The notes under the pieces: model-generated
The model's input: only the letters and a program-made list of their open reading frames with translations
What the model was told of the DNA's origin: nothing
The model's database searches: none
In this document: piece by piece, positions 17,221 through 24,752 of the stretch
Layout of the letters: every line of letters begins with the position of its first letter
Numbering within the stretch: position 1 is the stretch's first letter
Assembly (NCBI GenBank): GCA_945900785.1
Contig: CAMDJM010000016.1
Span: forward strand, 2,627 to 66,626
DNA length: 64,000 nt
Reading direction: 5' to 3'
DNA from: Akkermansia muciniphila
GTDB taxonomy: Bacteria; Verrucomicrobiota; Verrucomicrobiia; Verrucomicrobiales; V1-33
Translations under genes and position numbers: made by a program

Positions 17221-18329
17221 TCCGCACCAGCGAAGCCGTTCTGCGCGGCCACCCTGACAAATTCTGCGACCAGGTCGCCGACCGCATTCTCTATCATGCC
17301 TGCGGGCTGGACCCGGAGGCCTATGGTCAAATCGAGGTCGCCGCATGGTCGGACCAGGTCTTCCTCACCGGGGCCACCGTGACCCGGGAACCCTTGGAAA
17401 CCGTCTTCGCCGATGTCGTCCGCACGGTTGGTCAGGAAATCGGCTATACGCCGGGCAACTCCATCGATGCGAACCGCTATCAGGTGCACGATCACGTCTG
17501 CCGCCAGGTCCGTGATCCCCGGGAATGGACCCGGCACATCAATGATCAGGCGGTGGTCACGGGATGGGCCGGCTACGACCGGGCCACCTGCTATCTGAGC
17601 CCGGAACACTTCCTTGCCCACACCCTGCGCGAGGCTCTCGATGCCGCCTGTGCCTTTGGCGGGCCCCTTGAAGGCCACGGGCCGGACGGCAAGCTCATCG
17701 TCCATCTTGCGGAAACGCCGGCGGTTCGCGGGACCGCCGCGCGGTGGCAGGTCCAAACGATCCTCGTGACCCTCCAGCAGAAGCGCGGACCCTCCTTCCT
17801 CGACTTCCAGGGCGAGGTCGCGGCTGTAGTCCTCGAGACCCTGCGCACCGTTGCGGAAGCCGATGCCCGCTGGGCTTTCGACCGCCCATCCGCCCGCCTG
17901 CTCGTGAATCCCAACGGGCCCTTCTTCGATGGCGGCTCCAACAGTGACAACGGTCAAACCGGCCGGAAACTGGTGGCCGATTATTATGGCCCCCGCGTTC
18001 CCATCGGCGGTGGAGCCCTCAGCGGCAAGGACCTGACGCACATCGACCGCGCGGCTGCCTGCGCCGCCCGCCAGGCCTGCGTCGAGGCCGTGCATCACGG
18101 CGCGAAGGATGCCCATGTCCGCCTCACCTACGCGCCGGGCCTTGCGGAGCCGCTCGATGTCGCATGGTCGTTTTCGGACGGAGGGCGACCGCCCCAAGGA
18201 GTCCAGTTTGATTTTTCAAGCATTACCGAAGTCACCCGGGGCGCATGGCGCAGCCTGCGCGAATCCGGTCGGGGCGATCACTTCTTTGACCTCCATCACC
18301 GGTGGAACAATCCGATCTATTGCCCGTAA
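17217..18329 (+). CDS. Divergent S-adenosylmethionine synthetase (MetK / methionine adenosyltransferase) paralog
   Basis: ORF 16902..18329 trimmed to ATG 17217, which overlaps the previous stop (ATGA). SEAVLRGHPDKFCDQVADRIL, GPDGKLIV, NPNGPFFDGGSNSDNGQTGRKLVADYYGP and GGGALSGKDLTHIDRAAACAARQ align with the MetK signature blocks. Confidence 0.8.
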   Translation: MIRTSEAVLRGHPDKFCDQVADRILYHACGLDPEAYGQIEVAAWSDQVFLTGATVTREPLETVFADVVRTVGQEIGYTPGNSIDANRYQVHDHVCRQVRDPREWTRHINDQAVVTGWAGYDRATCYLSPEHFLAHTLREALDAACAFGGPLEGHGPDGKLIVHLAETPAVRGTAARWQVQTILVTLQQKRGPSFLDFQGEVAAVVLETLRTVAEADARWAFDRPSARLLVNPNGPFFDGGSNSDNGQTGRKLVADYYGPRVPIGGGALSGKDLTHIDRAAACAARQACVEAVHHGAKDAHVRLTYAPGLAEPLDVAWSFSDGGRPPQGVQFDFSSITEVTRGAWRSLRESGRGDHFFDLHHRWNNPIYCP

Positions 18330-18377
18330 TGCAGCCAAAGCCGCGCTTCTCGCGGAGGGGTGCTGGACGGTCGGGAC

Positions 18378-20240
18378 CACATTTAGCCCGACTTCGCCGA
18401 CTCGACATGTTATAAAACTTTTTTCATGTTATTTCAGCGTGCAATTCGTTGATATTCAATGCAGCGATTTCCAAAATGGCTTGTAGTGCAGACCTTGGGT
18501 GTTGCGGGATTAAAAATCTGGCTACCTTCTGGAGCCATCATGTTCCTGCGTTGATCCAAACGTCGGAAAAATGGCAAAGAACACCTCTACTGGAGTGTGG
18601 TCGAGAATCGGCGCCTGCACGACGGCAGGGTGCTCCAGCGGCATGTGCTTTACCTCGGGGAACTCAATGGCCGACAGGAAGCGTCCTGGCGCAAGACCGT
18701 TGATCATTTCGGCCAGGACGATGCCGCACCGCAGCAGGTGGCGCTCTTTCCTGACGATCTGGCCCCGGCAGCCAGCCCGGACGACACCCTGCCCATTGTC
18801 AGCCTCCGGCTCGGAGCCATGTCCCTGCGCCGCCCCCGTCAGTGGGGGGCCTGCTGGCTGGGGTGCGAACTCTGGCAACAACCCGGCTTGGACGCCTTCT
18901 GGCGCGAACATCTGCCGCCCGGCCGCGAGGGGACCCGCTGGGATCTGGTGCTGCAGACCTTGGCGCTCTATCGGCTCATCGACCCCGGCTCCGAGTGGCG
19001 GCTGCACCGGCATTGGTTTGACCACAGCGCCATCGCCGAACTGTTGGGCAGCGACTTCACCCTGGCCGATCCCCACCGCCTCTACGCCTGCCACGATAAA
19101 CTACTGACCCATAAACGCGCCCTCTTCGACCACCTCACCGGACGCTGGCGCGACCTCTTCAAGGCAAAATACGAAGTCCTGCTTTACGATCTGACCAGCA
19201 CCTATTTTGAAACACACTGGAAAACGATCTCCTTGATCGCGAATGGAAACACGCCCGGCCCAACGTCCGCGTAAAACTCCTGCCAAAAGAAGGCGAAACC
19301 TACGTCCTGGCGGAGAGCGGAGACCGCATCCTCAAAGAGCGCTTCATGCGCCGGCGGCGGCGGCGCAAATACCCCGCCGCGCTCGACGCCATCACCCAGC
19401 GCATGCGTCCTCTCAAATGCGACGCCGTCCACCAGGCCATCGGAGCCGCGAAAAAAGAAGCCGGGCGGGACGCCCGGTTTGTCACCATCAGCGTCCAGCA
19501 CCACGTCAGGGGCAAAGACAAAGGCAACGGGAAGGACAAAAGTGAAACCGCCACCCTGACCTACAAACTGGACCGCCAAAAACTCCGCGAAGCCCGCCGG
19601 CGCGAAGGACGTTACCTGCTCCGGACCAACCTGACAGAAGAAGATCCTGCCAAACTTTGGGAATACTACCTTCAGCTCACCGAAGTCGAGCAAGCCTTCA
19701 AAGAACTCAAAGGCGACCTCGCCCTGCGGCCCATCCATCACCAGCTGGACCATCGCATCGAAGCCCACATGATGATTCAGTCGCCGCCTCACGGCTCCTT
19801 CACCCCTGCGGGGCTGCTCCTTCGTCGCAGTCTGTCCCGGCCCATCCCGGGGGGCCTCGGCTCATCTCCTTCCTTGCCTGCGCCCTGCAAATCACCCTCA
19901 AGGCCCGGCTGAAGCAAAGCGCCACCGGCCTCACCCCCCGGGCCGTCCTTGAGAAATTTGCTGCGGTGCAAATGCTCGACGTCCACCTCCCCACCACTGA
20001 TGGGCGCGAAGTCGTCCTAACCCATTACACCCAGCCAGAAAAAGAACTCCAGCTCCTGCCCGACCAGCTCAAACTAACCCTCCCCGCCCAGCCGCCCCCG
20101 AAGATTACCGCCCCGGCAAAACCCACCTGAATGGTCCCCGCGTGTAGTGCAGACCTTTCTATTTCCAGAAAATCGTTTTGTTGATAATCAACGATATCTG
20201 CACCAACCCTTTTCCCAGTCCGCGAAGTCGGGCTAATGCC
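18378..20240 (+). mobile_element. IS1634-family (IS4-like) element remnant nested between ~100-bp inverted arms
   Basis: Inverted arms end in TTAGCCCGACTTCGC (18383-18397) and its complement (20222-20236). A 15-bp direct repeat TGTAGTGCAGACCTT at 18482-18496 and 20143-20157 flanks the transposase remnant. Confidence 0.6.
18540..20130 (+). pseudogene. IS1634-family transposase pseudogene (nonsense, internal deletion, frame-breaking insertion)
   Basis: MFLR*SKRRKNGKEHLYWSVVENRRL...LYLGELN...LLYDLTSTYFE, with TGA at 18552. The frame jumps near 19210 and the central DDE segment is missing. It resumes with ...GRYLLRTNL...LWEYYLQLTEVEQAFKELKGDLALRPIHHQ..RIEAH. About 90 extra nt follow (19770-19860), then ISFLACALQITLKARL... 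in a third frame. Confidence 0.75.
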
Positions 20241-20329
20241 CCAACGAGGCAGCCAACCGGAGGGCGATTTTACGGGGGAATCAGATTACTTAAAAATAAT
20301 TCGTATTGTGCAATCTACGTCTGCGTTTG

Positions 20330-20535
20330 TCGGCGATCACTCAAAGTGCACCACCTGATAATCACTTTCAGGGCTTCAAAGTGCACCACTTCCGGAGGTA
20401 AAACCGCTCCTGAGATGGCACGGCCTGTGTGCTTGGCTGGGGGGCATGTCCAACATCCTCGAAGTGTCCCAACAACAAGCCACTCACGCCTTGATTGCCA
20501 AAGGCTGGTCCATCCGCCGTATCGCCCGAACTCTC
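20330..20535 (+). mobile_element. IS21-family left-end remnant (terminal repeats + first ~30 codons of istA)
   Basis: Direct repeats TCAAAGTGCACCAC at 20341 and 20376. Then MSNILEVSQQQATHALIAKGWSIRRIARTL (20446-), an IstA-type N-terminal HTH, which dissolves into a CTCAAC oligo-repeat. Confidence 0.4.
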
Positions 20536-20587
20536 AACCCTCAACTCGCAACCCTCAACTCTCAACTCTCAACTTCCAGCGAAGCTC

Positions 20588-21655
20588 TCAGGGGACCGGC
20601 ACATTCGCCAGCACATTCTCCACGGTGCTGATGGGGTCTCCGGTTTGGCCGTTCCGTTGGTCCTTGAGCAGCAGGCGGTGGGCCAGCACGGCAGAGGCGA
20701 TTTTTTTCACGTGATCCGGGTAGACGGCCTTGGCCTCTTCCAGCCAGGCCGCCGCCTGGGCGGCACGCATCACCGCGATGGCGGCCCGGGCGGACAGGGA
20801 GCCCCGTCCGGCATCCGCGCGGCGCAGGCTTTCGCAAACCAGCGTGATGTAGCGGCAGACCCGGTCGTTCACCGGCACCGCAGCCGCTTCCGCCTGGGCG
20901 CGCCGGATGTCATCGGCGTGGAGCAGCGGCGTCGTTTCCACAAACTGCGGGCCCCGCTGGGCGTGTAGCTGGAGCAGCCTGGCCTGGGATTCCAAATCCG
21001 GCAGCGTCATATGGATGCTGAGGAGAAAGCGGTCCAACTGCGGCTCCGGCAGCGGGAAGGTTCCGGTGGAAAAGGTATTGTTCTGGGTCGCGATTACCAT
21101 GAAGGGCGAGGTCAGACGGCGGGTGACCCCGTCCACCGTGACCTGCTGCTCGCTCATGCACTCGAAGAGCGCACTTTGAATCCGCGGGCTGGTGCGGTTG
21201 ATTTCATCGGCCAGAACGATGTTGGAGAACACCGGCCCGGGAATGAATTGAAATTCCCCGCTCGCCTGGTTGAAAATGGAGTAGCCCGTAATGTCCGCCG
21301 GCAGCAGATCCGGCGTGAATTGGATCCGGCTGAAGGCGGCGTCGATGCTGCGGGCAAGCGTGGAGGCGAGACTGGTTTTTCCGATGCCGGGTGCCCCCTG
21401 GATCAGGACGTGACCATTCGCCAGCAGCGCCGTGATCAGCAGAAAAGCGGGCGTTTCAGCACCCAGGACGGTGCCGGTCAGTCTTTGGTGGAGGGCTTGC
21501 AGTTGTTGTCTCACGGAAGGGCAGGAAGTTGAAGGGAAAATAGGCCAACAGGAAAGGCCTGCGGTATCGGACAGGATCCTCCAGCTTTCCACCTTGGAAA
21601 CCTCAAACTTCATTCCGTTCACTGCGTCCGGAACGGGGGAATTACGCGAATTCAT
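20588..21655 (-). CDS. MoxR-family AAA+ ATPase (AAA_3 type)
   Basis: GHVLIQGAPGIGKTSLA (Walker A), NIVLADEINRTSPRIQSALFECMSEQQVTVDG (Walker B and sensor), VIATQN, LDRF.L, and a C-terminal lid ...AVLAHRLLL. The true start is probably internal (for example GTG at 21514), because the first ~45 aa look non-native. Confidence 0.85.
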   Translation of the reverse strand: MNSRNSPVPDAVNGMKFEVSKVESWRILSDTAGLSCWPIFPSTSCPSVRQQLQALHQRLTGTVLGAETPAFLLITALLANGHVLIQGAPGIGKTSLASTLARSIDAAFSRIQFTPDLLPADITGYSIFNQASGEFQFIPGPVFSNIVLADEINRTSPRIQSALFECMSEQQVTVDGVTRRLTSPFMVIATQNNTFSTGTFPLPEPQLDRFLLSIHMTLPDLESQARLLQLHAQRGPQFVETTPLLHADDIRRAQAEAAAVPVNDRVCRYITLVCESLRRADAGRGSLSARAAIAVMRAAQAAAWLEEAKAVYPDHVKKIASAVLAHRLLLKDQRNGQTGDPISTVENVLANVPVP

Positions 21656-21971
21656 AGCAGGATTGACGATTTTTCTCTTGTTTTCCCAGGGGATGAGTTA
21701 TAGAACGGGTCACGCCTGCCGGTATGTGATAAATGATTCTAACGAGTTAGGGGTTTCTCGTGAGGAAAGTCCACATCCGGCAGGCGCCTTTGCTGCTTCC
21801 TGCCGGATTCAGGGTGGTCCCGGCATAAGGTGCTGGAAATCAACAGAAATCCGGTCACAGAGCCCGGCCTCTGCACTGCGGGCCTGCTGCCGCCGGGCGG
21901 AGGTGTTTCCGGCCAGCCGGATCCCGCCGGCCGCCAGGGAAAGGATCGCCATTCCCGTGCATCCGGGGGGG

Positions 21972-23279
21972 CTAGTGCCAATCGGCGGGCAGCTTGATGG
22001 GGGTTTCCCTCAGGATCATCAGGATGGTTTCCCGTTCCTCCCGGCTGAGGTAGCGGTAGGGCGGCGGGGCTTCCTCCCAGGTGAGAATCTGATGCAACCG
22101 CCCGTAAATCAGGTCCAGCAGGGGACGGGGCAGGGCAGACCATTGCCGACTGTAGATGAGGTAGCTGCAGCGGTGGCGGAAGAGGCGGTTGCCGAGGTGG
22201 AAGTCGGTGAGGGACTTCCCGTTTTTGGCGGCAGGATGATTCTGGCGGAACTCCTGCTGAAACGCGGCATTCCCTGAGATGCCGCCCTCCGGCAGCTCCG
22301 CCTCGTCCCGGAACAACAGGGCGTCCAGGATTCTGCCCACGTGGCTCTCCGCGATGATCCGGGCGGTGCCGGTGAGTTCATCCGTCGGAGGGTCGCCCGA
22401 TTCAGCACGCAAGGCCTTTTGCCGGACGATGGCCGCGCGCACATCGTAAGAGGCCTCCGTGAGGCGGCTGGACATCATGATCTGATGTTCCAGCACCATC
22501 AGAGTGACAATATCGCTGGTGCCGCGCGGGTAGTGTTTCACCGGGAAAAAACGCTCCAGACTGGCGAGGTTGGAGGTTTGCGCGGTGTCCAGAGTCACGC
22601 TGCGGCTGCCGTGTTCTGCCGCAATCGCATTGCCCCGGTGGACGGTGGTGCCATGTGTGCCAGTGACGAACCAGCCTCCCCAGCGGGTGGTGAGCGGGCT
22701 GGTGTGATCAATCAGGGAAGTGCCCGCCTGAAAGAGCACACTGCCATCCTGCCCGGGGAACACCGAGCGGATCATCAGTCCAGGCACCCGGTTTGTCATG
22801 TTATTCCCGTGGCAGTCGAGACAAGCCTGGGGCCGGTCCAGCCGGGGGTGGGGCCGGTCCGGCCGGTGGAAGTCGAGCAGGTAAAAAATCGGCCCCAGGA
22901 TGGGATCGATCATCGCAAATTCCATCAGCCCCCCGGGCACCCACCCGGCATAACTCTCGTCATTGAAATACAGCGCCCGGGGATTCCAAGGAAAGATGTG
23001 CTCCTTTTGCACACTGGTTTTGGAAAAAACCAGCGTCTGGGTGGATTCCGCAATCTTCAATTGTGCCAGCACCGCCCGCATCGCCTCCAGATCAGAGCCG
23101 GTCGGCAGGGAGAAGGTTCCAGATTGCAGTTCCGCATCCAGCACGCTGCCTGAATCGCTCCGCCCCGCCCCCCAATAATCGTGGGGGGGCTCCTCGTAGG
23201 CAAGGGTCTGGGCAGGCGCAAATCCAGCGCTGCCAGCCAGGAAAAGACAGCAGCAGAGCAGGCGGAAACGGAGCAGCAT
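21972..23279 (-). CDS. Secreted conserved hypothetical protein with a single CxxCH haem-binding motif
   Basis: ORF 21972..23321. The MLLRFRLLCCCLFLAGSAGFAPAQ signal starts at 23279. ACLDCHGNN is the CxxCH motif. Confidence 0.6.
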   Translation of the reverse strand: MLLRFRLLCCCLFLAGSAGFAPAQTLAYEEPPHDYWGAGRSDSGSVLDAELQSGTFSLPTGSDLEAMRAVLAQLKIAESTQTLVFSKTSVQKEHIFPWNPRALYFNDESYAGWVPGGLMEFAMIDPILGPIFYLLDFHRPDRPHPRLDRPQACLDCHGNNMTNRVPGLMIRSVFPGQDGSVLFQAGTSLIDHTSPLTTRWGGWFVTGTHGTTVHRGNAIAAEHGSRSVTLDTAQTSNLASLERFFPVKHYPRGTSDIVTLMVLEHQIMMSSRLTEASYDVRAAIVRQKALRAESGDPPTDELTGTARIIAESHVGRILDALLFRDEAELPEGGISGNAAFQQEFRQNHPAAKNGKSLTDFHLGNRLFRHRCSYLIYSRQWSALPRPLLDLIYGRLHQILTWEEAPPPYRYLSREERETILMILRETPIKLPADWH

Positions 23280-23738
23280 GGGGTTCACTCTACTACGGCC
23301 CGGGGTCGGGCGATCCTTCATTCGGGTGTTGGAAGCCGCTGCGTTACAAAAAAAGACGGAATGTGCAGTCCTGCGGATCCCGGCAGAGCCGCTTGCCTTG
23401 CCGCCTGCCCCTGACTTTAATCATGAATATCAACAATCTGACTTCCCGCCTGCGCTTGGCAAAATCAGCCTTTGCCGGCCACCGTGAGGAGGAGCGCCGA
23501 CGCATCAAGGCCGCCACCCGCGCCCTGCGCACCCATGCCGAAAAAATCGCCTGGCACCTCGCCGAAATCGCCCGGGACCGGGCTGCTTCCCCCGGGATCG
23601 ATCTCCGTCCGGCCCGCTGAAATGATCGCCCGGCCGCAAGCCCGGGCCGGTGATTCCTCCCACCGAAACGGCCACCCTCCAGGAAACCCGGATTTTTCCC
23701 CTGTCCCGGGACCGCTGGCCGTGGCAGCATGCGTGGCC

Positions 23739-24206
23739 ATGAATACCCCCGATCCCGTCCCAGCTCCCCCCGGGGCCGCCCCACCCGCCCCCGCCCGGCG
23801 TCACATTGTTCTTTATGACGATGAGTGCCCCCTGTGCACCTTTCAAATGCGGGTCCTGACCTGGTTGGACTGGTGTGGCGCGCTGAGCCTCATCCCGCTG
23901 TCCCATGAATCCGCCGCACGGCTCGCCCCTCAGCTTTCCCGCGGGGATTTGCAGGAAGCGATTCACTGCATCGCCAAGGACGGCCGCATCCACCGGGGAG
24001 CCCGCTGCATCCGCTTCGTCGGCCTGCGCCTGCCCCTGCTGGTGCCCGTGGCTTTGTTTCTCTGGATCCCCGGAATCATCCAGATTGCGGAGGTCATCTA
24101 TCAATGGATCAGCCGCCACCGCCTCCTCCTCAGCCGCCTCTTCGGATGCAAAGGAGCCTGCGCCATCCTCCCCGCCCGTCCCCGCGCCCAGGATGACCTG
24201 CGTTAG
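23739..24206 (+). CDS. DCC-family thiol-disulfide oxidoreductase (DUF393)
   Basis: ORF 23472..24206 trimmed to ATG 23739. VLYDDECPLCTFQMRVLTWLD is the YDG.C.LC-type DCC motif. Confidence 0.75.
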   Translation: MNTPDPVPAPPGAAPPAPARRHIVLYDDECPLCTFQMRVLTWLDWCGALSLIPLSHESAARLAPQLSRGDLQEAIHCIAKDGRIHRGARCIRFVGLRLPLLVPVALFLWIPGIIQIAEVIYQWISRHRLLLSRLFGCKGACAILPARPRAQDDLR

Positions 24207-24752
24207 GGGCATCATGCCATGCAGATTTTCCCCAATCATGAACCGCAAACAGCTCACCACTTTGGCCGGAGCAGATGAAAACCTGATCAGCCTCAGCAAA
24301 GGCTGTTTGGGCGCTTCCATGAGGAAAACTAAATGGTTTTACCCTGCTACGTCGGAAAGGAACGAGGTGCAGTCAAGCACGCCCAAAGCCATCCAATACC
24401 GCACCCTCGACCGGACCCTTCCCACCTGACAGATGGGTGGCGCACTTCGGCATGTTTGGTGCGGATTCCCCGCAATTTAACACTTTGATTCACAGGCCTA
24501 CGCCGTTGTTCGCTGCTATATAATTCCTAACATTCGATGCGGATTACAGCTGATGAACAGGGTTTGATGAGCGATGATGCGGAGCGGGTAATCCGTGCAG
24601 CATGGATATTGAAGATGGATGAAGACCAACGGCGCGGCGGTGAAGGAAATCCCCGGGTGAAACCGTAAGCGAATTCACCAACCATCCTGCCACCACCTGC
24701 CGCGCGAAAAATCGTGGGTCGCGCACAAGGGCTGCGCCTGCTTTGATAGTGA

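Noticed and set aside
20588-21655. The second MoxR ATPase as part of the same system as the 13.7-18.3 kb operon.
   Set aside because: It is on the opposite strand and separated by two IS remnants. It is a different MoxR subtype (canonical AAA_3) and lies outside the island border. It most likely belongs to an unrelated, truncated core operon.
23423-23620. 66-aa ORF MNINNLTSRLRLAKSAFAGHREEERRRIKAATRALRTHAEKIAWHLAEIARDR… upstream of the DCC-family gene.
   Set aside because: It has no recognisable family and overlaps equally long ORFs on both strands. It cannot be supported from sequence alone.
24240-24429. Short ORF MPCRFSPIMNRKQLTTLAGADENLISLSKG… in the gap after the DCC gene.
   Set aside because: It has no family resemblance, lies in a probable deletion scar and is overlapped by other equally weak ORFs.
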